Source of the DNA: Eledone cirrhosa
Taxonomy: Eukaryota
Direction of reading: 5' to 3'
Length of the DNA stretch: 64,000 bases
Assembly (NCBI GenBank): GCA_964016885.1
Contig: OZ024740.1
Span: 419,430,001-419,494,000, forward strand
The position numbers were made by a program, and so were the translations under genes. Below the pieces are notes generated by a model, which saw only the letters and a list, made by a program, of their open reading frames with translations, did not search any database and was not told where the DNA came from. Numbering within the stretch: the first letter of the stretch is position 1; each line of letters starts with the position of its first letter. This document shows, piece after piece, positions 26,201 through 39,138 of this stretch.

Positions 26201-26539
26201 CACCAATAGTATTGAATGCTTAGGACTGGTTTCATGACTTATCATAAATATTATCACACTAGAATGTTACCCATTATATGACTGGTGGTTTTGACAGTCT
26301 ACCTTTACTTTTGGGTGTAAATCAGTTTAAAAATGTATACATTCAACTATAAGCCGATCCCCTATTTTATGTCTAAGAAATAGACAGAAATTCAAATCCT
26401 GTGTATAAGCTGGGGCAGTTAATCAACACATTACATTTAGATGGTGACTGTTTTGAAATACTCATGAGTGGAGAATATATTAATAAAGTTTTAATATTTT
26501 GATATATAAAATGTTTTAACCCTTTAGCATTTACATTAC

Positions 26540-26882
26540 GGCTAGAGAGAAATGAAGCAAGCATGCTCCGTTGGATCTGTAATGTCAATGTACGTGAACG
26601 ACCTAGCATGGATAAGTTGTAGTGTGCAGGAGAGAAGACTGCGATGGCATGGACATGTGATGCACATGGGTAAAGAAGTGCTAAGAAATGCCAGTAGAAG
26701 GAAGACGCAGTAGAGGAAGACCACGAAAAACATGGGTGGAGGTGGTGAGAGCGGACCTCAGATCGCTGAAACTCACGGAGGAGATGGCAAAGGACCGTGA
26801 CTAGTGGAGATATGCTGTGCTGAATAGGACCTGTTCCACCTTTGCAAGCAAGGAAAAAAACGGATGAAAAATGATAATGATT
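26540..26882 (+). mobile_element. 5'-truncated RTE 3' fragment inserted into a TTAA-MITE
   Basis: RLERNEASMLRWICNV...VQERRLRWHGHVM, ends atgataatga. The host MITE resumes after a short (a)ttac duplication. Confidence 0.85.
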
Positions 26883-27208
26883 ACTCTATATTTACTATTT
26901 TATTTTCACAGTAAAAGCTTTACCTTACATTATATCGAATCTACAAGATTTTGATGTTATTTATTTTTAGAACCTTAACATTGGTATGAGTGGTCGATTA
27001 CAGCCGGTTTGAACAGAAAGAGGTAATAGAATTGTGGCTGGATATGGCTGGTTTAAATGCTAAAGGGTTAAGAGTTGTTTAGAGTATAGTTTTGTTTCAT
27101 AAATTAAAAAAAAAAAATTTTAAAACCAATTTCCGATTGTTTTGAAGGCCATTTTCATTAAAAACACATTAAATAGAAAAGGAAAAAAAAACAGTAGGAA
27201 AAAAAAAA

Positions 27209-27582
27209 TTTCACCTCCAAAGTGAAACTGGTGTGAAACCGGTGTAATATTCACCTCCAAAGTGAAACTGGTGTAATATTCACCTCCAAAGTGAAACCGG
27301 TGTAATATTCACCTCGAAAGTGAAACCGGTGTAATATTCACCTCCAAAGTGACACCGGTGTAATATTCACCTCCAAAGTGACACCGGTGTAATATTTACC
27401 TCCAAAGTGACACCGGTGTAATATTTACCTCCATAGTGACACCGGTGTAATATTCACCTCCAAAGTGACACCGATGTAATATTCACCTCCAAAGTGAAAC
27501 TAGTGTAATATTCACCTCCAAAGTGAAACTGGTGTAATATTCACCTCCAAAGTGAAACTGGTGTAATATTCACCTCCAAAGC
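27209..27582. repeat. 29-bp minisatellite, ~13 units
   Basis: Unit taatattcacctccaaagtgaMacYggtg, head-to-tail with no spacers. Confidence 0.95.
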
Positions 27583-28165
27583 AAAATTATTTTAGCACCC
27601 TATTTATGTAGATTTGAAGTTGATGAAAATCAGCAAATATAAGCTGATCCCCATTTTAACATTGGTTCTTTTCGTCACATATTTCTTAGCTTATATATAA
27701 GTTTATATGGTAATTCTAGTTTTTAAAGTTCATGGTGCTTATACAAAATAATTTAATGAATACTACTAATATTAAAAATAATTAACTTAAGATGAGATGA
27801 AATAAAACAATTGGGGAAAAAAAAAATGAAAAAATGTTACATAATTCACTACAGCTGCATTGGACTAAGATGATTCATATTTCTCACACTCAAACACTAT
27901 AAATATATTTTAAAAAGCTGTGGTTTGAGAGACAAGAAAAGTAATTGAGAAATTAAATGTATATTTTTTTTATGAAAGAAAAGAAAGTAAAATGTTAGTT
28001 ACTCAAGTCTACTCATAAATACTATAAGCATTGGTCCTTCATTCATAAGTTAATATTTAAAAACATATAAATATAACCATATATGTTCTCCTTCCTATGT
28101 CTTTCAATATATATCTCATCATCATTTTAACGTTTTCTTGCAAGTATATATATATACACACACAC

Positions 28166-28590
28166 ATGTATTTGAATTTCGTATTTCTAAAGAAATATGG
28201 TATGTTTGTAAATAAACATTTAGAAAGCCATAGCTATGAATAACACTATCAGCCAATGCCACTGAGTGGTGTTCAGCAGAAGCAAGGGGGACAATTGTCG
28301 ATGCATTTCAAACTCGACTGGTTCTCGTCAGGATGCTCCCTCCTGCTCTTGCAACTGCCAAATGTTGAAAACAGGTGAAAATATAGTTTTTTCGTCTGTG
28401 TAAATGAAGTGATTAATCTCATTTGCATATGAAGTTGTATAAGTTGGCTCAACTTAAAATAGAATAGAATTAGAATTTAGCTTTGAACATAGCTGTATAC
28501 AAATATGTATTTGAATTTTTATTTCTAAAGAAATACGGTATGTTTGTAAATAAACATTTATACAGCTATGTTCAAAGCTAAATTCTAATT
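28166..28590 (-). mobile_element. Small non-coding element with direct terminal repeats, an inverted terminal segment and a hammerhead (retrozyme/pLTR-like)
   Basis: 28166-28222 is repeated at 28505-28560. 28468-28499 is inverted at 28559-28590. TA/CA microsatellite flanks. Confidence 0.65.
28276..28352 (-). ncRNA. Type I hammerhead ribozyme with extended, internally looped stem I
   Basis: Minus strand gcaagagcaggagggagcauc-CUGACGA-GAAC CAGUCGA GUUU-GAAA-UGCA-UC-gacaauugucccccuugcuucugc. Intact core, palindromic stem III AUGCAU, AUC triplet. The proximal stem I is only 2 bp. Confidence 0.65.
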
Positions 28591-28659
28591 ACATATATAT
28601 ATACGTGTGTATATATATATATATAATCATCATCATCGTTTAACGTCCATCTTCCAAGC

Positions 28660-28850
28660 TTTTGTGGTATTTTTGACTAAAAAAACTTTTAGCTTGACAG
28701 TGGGGGTTGAAAACCCTCTAAAAAAATGAAAAGGATGAGTATTGATCTAAAAGAGTATGTACATTAATACTCACCCTTATCCATTTTTTTAGAGGGTTCG
28801 AAACCCCACTATCAGGCTAAAATTTCTTTAGTAAAAAAAAATACAGCAAA
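28660..28850. mobile_element. ~190-bp foldback/MITE-like imperfect palindrome
   Basis: ttttagcttgacagtggggg...aaccctctaaaaaaatg...tgagtatt / aatactca...cattttttttagagggtt...ccccactatcaggctaaaa. Confidence 0.8.
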
Positions 28851-29006
28851 TGCTTCTATTTCTACTATATAGTAAGATAGATATATATAGAGAGAATGTA
28901 TTATATATGGAACATATGAACAAGACTAACCTGCCTAGTCTCAGATCATAATTCCCTCTCCAACCCATGCCATATTATACACACACATATATATATGCAT
29001 GTATAT

Positions 29007-29037
<31 letters not shown>

Positions 29038-29039
<2 letters not shown>

Positions 29040-30350
29040 GTAATAATAATAAATTTGGAGACTAAAATCAAAAGAGGGCTCGATAAGGATAAATATATAT
29101 CAAATATATAAGAACCCTAGAGCAAATATTTATTAAAATAACAGATTAAAGTTTAAGCAAAGAATCGCTGCTTTTAATAAATGTATATATATATATAGTA
29201 ATAATTTGGCGGAATTTACATTTAATTTACAATTACATTTAACAAACAAACACCTATTGACTATAAACGACTCAAAATAATCCCATGGTTAATAGCTGTG
29301 AGTAACAAACAACACATACACATACATATGAACTACAACACAAAAACACTTAAATGAAAATCACATACCCAACTCTATCACGTGCTTTGCATTACACCTT
29401 ACATAACAAATACCTACATTATCACCACATGCCTCTCTAACAAACTGCACACTATCTTAAACATTTATAAAAATTATAACATGCTCTAACACCCCACACA
29501 AAATGTTTATTTCAACTGCATTATAACTCTTTCCTCATACATGCCTTATTGACTGTATTGACTCCTGCATTGTACACCAATTTTCCTTGCCTATAACTTT
29601 TTTGCCTGTATTTTTTGGCTTGTGCTTTTTACTTATACCCCTTACACTTCCAGCCAGTGCTGCCTGTAATTGTGTTCTTTCAAGCTGAACATCTTTTTAA
29701 CTCCTGACTCTCCACATGATGCTTTTGACACTAATAACACTTATGTACCCTAAATGTTCTAAATGACTAGGATTTTAGTAACATGTTTCGACATTCCTTA
29801 TGCTCCGATGATTCCAGACTTCCCTCTGGAAGAAACAATTGTCAGCAAATAAATGTTCTAAACTAAAATTTGATCGTTTTAACACTTTGCATTTATATAT
29901 ATATATATATATATATGACTTATTATCTTCGTTTTTTCGTTCATTGCCAGAGAACGTCTCTATGCACCACCTAAGAGAACATTAATCTACGACCTCTTTT
30001 ATACCATAAACGTGGTTTTGTCTTTGCGCGTAATTGTTTTTCACCGCTCCTATTAATGACGTATTATTCGTTTTTTCCCGTTCTTTGCCAGCGAACGTTA
30101 CCACGAACCAAAGTATCGTCTTCCTGTCTTCCTCCGGTTGCAACGTTTTTTGAAATATCCAGTTCTGCGTTTACAGATTGACTTTGTTAGTTTCAGAAGA
30201 TCCCGTTAAGGGTGAAAGCAGCGATTCTTTGCTTAAATTTTAATCTGTTATTTTAATAAATATTTGCTCTACGGTTCTTATATATTTGATATATATTTTC
30301 CTTATCGAGCCCTCTCTGGATTTTAGTCTTCAATTTTATTATTATTACTA
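29038..30350. mobile_element. Composite non-coding element with ~135-bp diverged inverted arms (29038-29175 / 30215-30350)
   Basis: aaatttggagactaaaatcaaaagagggctcgataagg...gcaaagaatcgctgcttt versus aaagcagcgattctttgc...ccttatcgagccctctctggattttagtcttcaattt. Internal (TA)n tracts delimit a nested ~700-bp piece. A further fragment of the arm lies at ~50039-50076. Confidence 0.75.
29801..29847 (+). ncRNA. Minimal type I hammerhead ribozyme with a U4C core change
   Basis: UGCU-CCGAUGA-UUCCAGA CUUCCC UCUGGAA-GAAAC AAUU GUC-AGCA. Perfect 7-bp stem II, palindromic stem III ACAAUUGU, GUC triplet. Confidence 0.75.
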
Positions 30351-33300
30351 CATATATATATATATAGTTTGGTATCTAATTCAGTGAGACTATTTTGAGT
30401 GTTGTGAAGGTGACAGGCTGAGATGACACACTGTAAATAATTGTTTCTACTTTTGGCACAAGGCCAGCAATTATCCCAGTGTATTACTGGTACTTTATTT
30501 TATCGACCCTGTAAGGATGAAAGGCAAAGTTAACCTCGGTATCCACACTGTAAATAATGCTAACAGATTAGGTCACCTAGCCTTCAAAAATATACTCAGC
30601 TATTCTCTGTTCCTCAGACAGTGACACTGTCATTTTGTTAATAGTATTATAGCATCACATTGAATTTTACAGATTATTCACTTGGCATTTAACTGTCTTT
30701 TTATTCAAATGAGACGCAGAAGGCATTTATATGTGTATCATTAGCATTGTCATGTCTGCTGTTTTGCTTTTCCATGCTGGCATAGATTGGAGAAAACCTT
30801 TACATGGCAGTTTTTCTACAGCCGGATGCTCTTCCTGGTACCGACCCATTATCTTTAAACGTGGTATATACCACTCATCATTGTTGAACTAGTTAGCTGG
30901 GTTGTATTTGATTGTTTATGTAGGACATAGACAAATATCACCACTTACTTTAAACTGTTATGAAGATATGCATGGAGACACACACACACAGGGCTTGATT
31001 TATCAGGTGGAGGGGATGAATGCCCTGGGTACCCCTTGTCAAACAGGGCTCTTTTTAGGAACAGCCATGGATGTCCTCCACCAAACCTGAATTGCCCTGG
31101 GTCCCCAATGTCTAAATATGGCCCTGAACACATACACACACATACATGATGGACTTTCTCACATTTTCCACATACCATGTTCACTCGCATTAATTTATCC
31201 AAGACTTACAGTCAAAACACTTGCTCAAGGTGTCATGCAGTAGGATCAAACCTGAAACTATGTGCTTACAAAGTAAACTTCTTAACATAGCTATGCCTCT
31301 GTGTGTCTATGCCTGTATGGTTGTATGAGTATATGTGTGTGGCAGTGTGTCTGTGGAGGGGGAGTATGTCTGTATGTGTGTCTGTGGAAGTGTGTATATG
31401 TGTGTATGTATGTAATTATACTCCAATTCTTTCAATGTTTTTAGTTCAAACTTGGCAATAATTTTCATTAACAGCAGTTTTATCCCTGTAATTTTAATAG
31501 AGTAGCATAGTTATTCAAATCATTGAATCAAGTATTGAAAATGCTATCAAAAGATTTCTCAAACATAAATCGTTTACTATTCTCTAAATGAAAAGCTGTC
31601 TTTTAAAATAGTATTTTTATCTTAGAAATTCATGAGAATTCATTTAATTTGACAGGAGTTAGTAATATAACTAACTTTCTCATTATTAATTTGGTGTTTG
31701 GAACATAGCTTAACAAAGATTCTTACAGAAAATCATAATGGAAGGCTTTTAGATAAATATAAACACTTTAAAAAGGACAGTTTTGTATTGTAGAAACAAG
31801 GGCAGTTTCATGTGGTTTGGTATTGAAAGAGTTAATAAAATGAGAAATCAAAGTGACGGCTCAGAAATGTAAAAGCTATTATGTTTACCTTTTCTTAAGC
31901 AATCTAATCAGTCTTCAATTCAACTGATGGTTTTCTGCTTGTGGTGGCACCAAAAATTCTTGTTGCTGCTCTTTTATCATACTTTCTAGTTTAATGTACC
32001 ACTTTCTAATAGTATATCTTGACCCCTCCCCTCACACACACACACCTGTTCTAGTTGTAGGTATTGAACATAAATGCATTTTTCAGTCTTAACATTATAC
32101 TTTTAGTATCTACAATTTTGTGATCTTTACTCATTATATTGTATGTATGTAAGGACTCATAATCCCCGGGGGAATCGAAGGGGTACCATATTGACATATG
32201 GCATTTCTAGGGCATTTTTAAAAACCCAGTGAAGCCCATCTCCTCTCCAGGTCTGAATACTGCAGATTTCTTCCAGAGAAGAATAGAGAGTGAGAAAGAG
32301 ATATAGAGGAAGAATTGATCCCAGTACTAAACTGGTACTTTTTTTTTATTGACCTTAAATGGATGAAAGGCAAAGTTGACCTCAGCAGGTTTTGAACTCA
32401 AAGAACAGAGAGTCGGAACAAATACAGCAAAGCATTCAATCCAACATTCTAACATCTCTGCCAATTCACCGCCCTACTTATTGTATTACACACTCCAAAT
32501 ACATTATCACAACTAATAATAAGCATGTATATATTTCAGTATACTCTGTTGGATGATGATGCTGCTGCTATTGAGCAAACAATACCGGAAATGAATCTCA
32601 GTGTTACTTTAAGTAAAAAGTCTAAGTTAAATGTGTTTGGTATGACAGAAATAGATAGTAGTATTAATAACAATAGAGAGACAGTTGCTGCTTAACTTCT
32701 CAGAGTTTGCCATTGTATGAAAGAAATCCAACTCCATACAATCAATGCAAACTTCTATAAGAATTCCTTCATTTGTTTGTCTTGTTTTTGTAGTTTTTTT
32801 TAATTAAGGTTCTTCAAGCAAAATTGAAGATAATATTGTCTGAGTAAATATATTCTAACATTGCTGGAGCTAAACAGAAGTATTCCTTATCTAGAGCAGT
32901 TGTTCCCTAACTTATTTTGTAAAGGAATCCTTCTATAACAATTGTAGAACCCACCACCTCTACCCTAATTTTATTAAGACATTAAATGTAATAATTGTTT
33001 AAAGAGAGAATTTGATCGTGTAAAAATGAAACATAAAATAAATGTTTTCTTCACTCTTATTAAAAGATATTCAGAATATGTGAACAGAACTCACTTTAGA
33101 GAACACTTATCTAGAATGCTCAGCAATTCTGGGAAACATTAACCTACATGTGGCTTCAGATTTACATGTAGGATGTTGAGCGGTTGGTATGAGGATGGTA
33201 CATGTTACATACCATTAAATATAATGAATAGTTTCAGTTACTGGTAGCATCTAAAGTGTGTCTGAGACTCATCAGGCCAGTGCTTATCCTGATTTCCATG

Positions 33301-33757
33301 GCATTAAGCGACTGAAAGTACAAGACTCCTCCTTGATATGTTGCTAGTCCATTGCAGGGTTAAACCCCCAGCTATTGTTGGTACTAATTTTCAGTTGAAT
33401 ATACTGGAACAGCATGAAATGAAGTGTTTTGCTCAAGAGCACAACACACAACCCAGTCCAGGAATCAAACCCACGACATTATGGCCATAAGTCCAACACC
33501 CTTACCACTAGGGCACATGCCTCCACTGGTAGCACCAGTAACTGAAAAATCCTTGAAGGGCTTTTGATAATATTCATTTAATCTAGAAAACTATATTAAA
33601 TATTATCTCATCAGAAACGATGCATAATTGATAGAGCGTTGCCAAGCTACATTGTGGTATTAACTTGCGTACTTTTACAGTGCGAGATAAAATCCAATGA
33701 AAGTTGATTTTGTCTTTCATAATTCCGGGTTGAATAGAATAAAGTACCAATGAAATA

Positions 33758-34095
33758 AGGCAGTGAATTGGCAGAGAACATTGGATAGAATGTTTTGTGG
33801 TATTCCTTTAGGCTCTCTACTCCCTGAATTCAAATCCTGCCGAGGTCAACTTTGCCTTTCATCCATTCAAGGGCAATAAAAAAAAAGTACCAGTCTAATA
33901 CTGAGGTAATTTCTTCTTCTATCTCTCTTTCTCTCTTCCATTCTCTCTCTCACTCTCTATCCTTCTCTTGAAGAAATCTGCTGTATTCAGACCTGGAGAG
34001 GAAATGGTCTCTGCCAGGTTTAAAAATGCTCTAGAAATGTTGTATATCAATATGGCGCCCCAACGACACCCTCAGGAGTTACGGGACCTTGCATG
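33758..34095 (+). mobile_element. SINE subfamily B: family A head and core with a different ~180-bp 3' module
   Basis: Core followed by a CT-rich tract and gaagaaatctgctgtattcagacctggagagg...caatatgg...ggagtta. Copies at ~13940-14270, 32150-32473 (-), 48450-48680, 62545-62865. Confidence 0.8.
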
Positions 34096-34119
34096 CACCA
34101 GTGAAATACCTGGCTCACT

Positions 34120-34308
34120 ATAATTGTTTCTACTTTTTGGCACAAGGCCAGCAATTACCCAGTACATTACTAGTACTTTATTTTATCGACCCCGTAAGGA
34201 TGAAAGGCAAAGTTAACCTCAGCGGGATTTGAACTCAGAGTGGCAAGGGCCGTAACTCTATGCGTCAAAGCATGGCGTCCGACCCTCTACCGATACTGCC
34301 AATCCACC
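34120..34308 (-). mobile_element. SINE family A copy (others at 30438-30540, 38213-38410, 47407-47600, 60343-60540 on -)
   Basis: Reverse complement of the family A consensus. Confidence 0.9.
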
Positions 34309-34449
34309 ATACCTGGCTCACTATAATCAGCTATAACCAGCCACAGAATTTGAGGCCATGTGCCAAAGTTAGAAATCAATATTATTTTTATCTAGAAACA
34401 CATCAATACACCGATGGATACATCAGTACTCTACTTTGTAAAGAAGATA

Positions 34450-34485
<36 letters not shown>

Positions 34486-35157
34486 ACATTGATCCCCCCC
34501 CCTCTCTCTCTCCCAAGAACAAACAAACCATAGAATGTGTTCATGTTTACATTGATATATTTAAAAATATAAACATTTCTAAATGTTCTTAAAAGGTGTT
34601 ACGACTAGTGATTGAGGGTTTTAACGGGGTAGAAGTGGTCATGGGTTGAGAGGGGATTGCTGGGGATATTGATTGTGGGTGTGGTAACATTTTATGCTGG
34701 TAGGCAGGTCTTCTTCAGTCCACCATATCCACAATCCTCGTCTTTTATTATCTCCATTGTGAGGTTCAGCTTTCTGGATGTTTCGTTTGACTACTTCATC
34801 CTATGTCCACCTTGGTGGAAGAACAAACTTGTACCATTTCAATAGAATAACTAATTGTAAATAGAGCAAGATGAGGTAAAAAAACGAACAGATGCAAGTA
34901 CAGGAATGGTGGGGGTTTGTATAAAGAGGGTTACATAAATAGGACAAAAACCTCCATCTGTCAGTAATGAACGTACGCAGTTTCAACCCCTAGCAATTGT
35001 GCTGCCTGTTGATTTGAGGACAGTGAGTAACACAATAGACACTGTCCTGAAGTATTTTAAAGTAAGGAGACAAGACTGTAGGGAAGAATGGTAAACAGAG
35101 ACAGGTGAGGACAGGTGAGTGCATGCACATCACACACACACGCGCACACATGCACAT

Positions 35158-35219
<62 letters not shown>

Positions 35220-35406
35220 ATTTAATAGAAAGTTAAAACCTTATTTAATTCACTTCTGCACATCTTATTTCATAAAGGTTGTTAATATTTAACTGCAATA
35301 AAAGACATTCCAGTTGTGGCTATCCCAACTTTTATCCATACACTGTATCTTGAACTACACTATTTCATGTGGGGTTTTTTTTTTTTTTTACCTATTTTAA
35401 AGACAA

Positions 35407-35835
35407 GGATGAGATTTGAAGGAGATGACTGCTATTTCTAGCAGGTAAAGTGACCATGTAGAGGTTCCATAGTTTTATCTTTGGGCTGAGATTTGAGGGT
35501 GATATCTGCTATTTCTAGCAGGTAAAGTGACCACGTAGAGGTTCCATACAGTGGGATGAGATTTGAGGGTGATATCTGCTATTTCTAGCAGGTAAAGTAA
35601 CCATGTAGAGGTTCCATACAGTGGGATGAGATTTGAGGGTGATATCTATTTCTAGCAGGTAAAGTAACCATGTAGAGGTTCCATACAGTGAGATGAAAGT
35701 TGAGGGAGATGACTGCTATTTCTAGCAGGTAAAGTGACCATGTAGAGGTGTCATAGTTTTATCTTTGGATTGAGATTTGAGGGAGATGTCTGCTATTTCT
35801 AGCAGGTAAAGTAACCACGTAGAAGTTCCATAGTA
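35407..35835. repeat. Tandem array of six ~67-78-bp units derived from a dispersed repeat
   Basis: gagatttgaggg...ctgctatttctagcaggtaaagtRaccaYgtagagg repeated. Single inverse relatives at ~4072-4135 and ~13329-13387. Confidence 0.9.
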
Positions 35836-36305
35836 GTATACAGTTGGATGAGATTAATGTTTTCTATTGTTCCAACATTTGGTGAAGGTAATTGTAGCAA
35901 TTAAAGAATTAATCTGGAATAATCTGTTTAAAATCTTTATTGGTGAGATTAAAGGTTTTACTATTCCCAGTTTCACCAATTAAACAAGTGTATACTAGAT
36001 TGCTTCATTTCTGCCTTTGTAAAATGTTGAAGGATTTTATCTGTGTATATCAATGCATGCATGTTCACACATACACAAACATATAGACACACATGCATGC
36101 ACACACATAAATACACACACATGTATAAATGCATACACACATAAATACGCACATGCATAAGTACTCACATAAATTCACACATACATCACACACATAAATG
36201 TACACACATGAATATATTCACACACACAAACATAAAAGCACATATTCATAAATACACACACACAAACATAAAAGCACATATTCATAAATACACACACATA
36301 CTGAT

Positions 36306-36362
<57 letters not shown>

Positions 36363-36847
36363 TAACAATCAAGAATATTTCTATGTGTGTGTGTATTGTG
36401 CCTGAAACTGATCCATACTAAAACTAGATTCTTGGTAATTGATTTAGAAGATGTATATAGTGATAGGGAAGTGATATCTAGTCTGTATCCAGCCCCTTCT
36501 CTACAAGCTATGTTTGTGTTATTTCGGTGTTGAGGGCAGCAGGGGTACAAGTGCCAAAAGGTGTATATGTGTCAAAACTGTAAAGTGTAGAAATATGAGA
36601 TGCTCTTCAAATTGCACTTGACAACATTGTCTTTGATGTTGGGAACAGTTTAAAAGACAGGTTTATAGTGTTGGGGTTGATGTACTTGGTGTTAAGACAA
36701 AACACAGACTGGTTTGATGACGATGCTGTAATCATATCCATGAATATATATACCACATCTTGATAGTTGTGGTGTCACAAGAGAGAGATACCAAGTTAAG
36801 TTGTTTAGTTTTATTTTGTTCTTATGTTCTTTTTATTTAGAGTACGT

Positions 36848-37087
36848 GTGATGTCCAAACAAGTATCCTCCACCTCCCTCTATCTTACTCTCTGCCTCTT
36901 GGTCCTCTGTGATGTCCAAACAAGTATCCTCCACCTCCCTCTATCTTACTCTCTGCCTCTTGGTCCTCTGTGATGTCCAAACAAGTATCCTCCACCTCCC
37001 TCTATCTTACTCTCTGCCTCTTGGTCCTCTGTGATGTCCAAACAAGTATCTTCCACCTCCCTCTATCTTACTCTCTGCCTCCTGGTC
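36848..37087. repeat. 61-bp tandem repeat, ~4 near-identical units
   Basis: gtgatgtccaaacaagtatcctccacctccctctatcttactctctgcctcttggtcctct at 36848, 36909, 36970, 37031. Confidence 0.95.
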
Positions 37088-38424
37088 TTGGCTGACCGAT
37101 ACAATGGAGAATATATTGCTCCAGAGAATGGAGAGACGCACTGGAAGAGCCACTCCACCTCGCAGGACTCATTCCTGTGGGCAGCCAACATCGCAGTGAG
37201 CAAGGGCGTGGTCCAGAGACCAGGAATGCTAAAAGTCTCCACTGCTAGAGACTACCACCTATGAGAGAGTGGTTCATACTTTAACAGTTTGCCCTTTTCA
37301 GCCTGGTGAGCAGCAGAGTTGTCCTATCAATTAATATATTGATATTTTATTATTCATAGCACATTTCTTTTACATAATAGAATAGTAAATAATTAATTCA
37401 TCTAAATCACAATCTTATATGAAAGTAAACATAAAATTCTTTTCAAAATTAATCATGATTTAGAATTGTTTTTTTTATTTTCATTATAAAGGAAGCTATA
37501 TTGTTTTATATCTGAATGGAAAAACAAATATTTAAGTGTTGATTTTACAAGTTTTATCATAGAATGTTTGTGTATAGACTGTAACATTATAGACAGCATA
37601 TCAATCAATCGCTTTCTATTTGACATGAACGTGAATAAGGTTTCATGGATATTTTCAATCCACTTAGAAATCTAAATATTGGATCTATTATTAAAATCGA
37701 TAAGATTAATTGATTGAATTAGGTATAATGGTTTCTTGGAGAATTGTTGAGCTTTTAACTTTAAAAACTCACTTCACATTCTATTGTTATTACTGTGCTT
37801 GGCTTGAAAATAGTTTTACTATTTGTTCTTATTATCTGGTTATTTGCTAGTGATATAATAAGACTACTGTTTGGGTTCATTGATTAAAAACTGCCATATA
37901 TATAAGTGTTTTTATATATAAGACAGTTTTCTTCAAATACCTTAGTCCCTGTTACTGAAAAGTGACAGGTGAAACTGTGTGGCTGTTTGTTTTTAAGTGC
38001 AAGATATTTTCTAGCTCATCTGACATCTCTCTCATCCCTACTTCAGGAGCAGAAATGTTTAGCCTTTTAGCATTTAAACCAGCTGTATCTGGCCAGAATT
38101 CTCTTACCCCTTTCTGTTCAAACTGGTCGTAAATGGTCACTGATGCTGATGTTAAGGCATTGTTCTCAAAATAAATAACATCAAAATCTTGTAGATTCGA
38201 TATTATGTGAGATAATAATAATTGTTTCTACTTTTCGCACAAGGCCAGCAAATACTCAGTACATTACTGGTACTTTACTTTATCAACCCCGTATGGATGA
38301 AAGGCAAAGTTAACCTCGGCAGGATTTGAACTCAGACCATAAAGGGGCGTAACTCTATGCTGCAAAGCATGACGGCCGACCCTCTACCGATACTGCCAAT
38401 CCCCTGCCCTTAATAATAATAATA

Positions 38425-38722
38425 ATGAAATTATTGTGTACAGTGCACTATAACTCATCAAAGGTGCATGTATAGTATGTAAAATAATGTACAAATGTCA
38501 GGAAAGTGACAGTATATGAGTCATGATATACATGTGTGCGTGTGTATGAAAGGGGGATATCAGGTGTAGTGTTGGCAAATTTCAGGAAGCATGGAGTTTT
38601 TAAAGGATGCAGTGTCTCGGCAGCTAACAACTGATGCAGGTAGTTTGTTCCATGCTTCAGCAACTCTGAGCGTGAAAAAATGTTTCCAAAAGTCATGGGA
38701 GCTGTGCTGTTTTCTGACTTTG
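38425..38722 (-). mobile_element. CR1/L2-type LINE 3' end (related 3' UTR copy at ~47886-47985, +)
   Basis: Minus-strand KHFFTLRVAEAWNKLPASVVSCRDTASFK, the typical CR1 ORF2 C-terminus, followed by a UTR and an (ATT)n tail. Confidence 0.75.
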
Positions 38723-39060
38723 CATTACACCCTAAAACCTTTACCACAAAAATACAATAGTAAATATAGAGTAATGTAAATGTTAAAGGGTTAAAATAAT
38801 GCTACAATGAGAAAAAAAAATTTTTTTCATTGATTATGATTCATTTTAAATGGGATTTGAGAAACATTAAATCTAGAAATCACACCCCACTCAAGCTTTA
38901 CAACTTCTAGAATCCTATTTGCTAATAAATCTACAAATTATCTCAGAATTATTTAATGCAGTTTAACTAAAATAAAACTGAAAACAAGTGTTACATCTGT
39001 GTTTGTTTAAATAATTGATTTTGCTGCAATTAATTATTATACCACTGCTGTAGATTGTTT

Positions 39061-39138
39061 CACATCCTTGTATAAACTACCATCAATGGAAGTTTGTTAT
39101 AACAAACTTCCATTGATGGTAGTTTATACAAGGATGTG
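39061..39138. repeat. Perfect 78-bp spacerless palindrome followed by a partial third copy (39146-39173)
   Basis: cacatccttgtataaactaccatcaatggaagtttgtta|taacaaacttccattgatggtagtttatacaaggatgtg. Confidence 0.95.

Noticed and set aside
27209-27582. CRISPR-like array (29-bp partly palindromic repeats)
   Set aside because: Units are contiguous with no unique spacers, there are no cas genes, and the context is eukaryotic.
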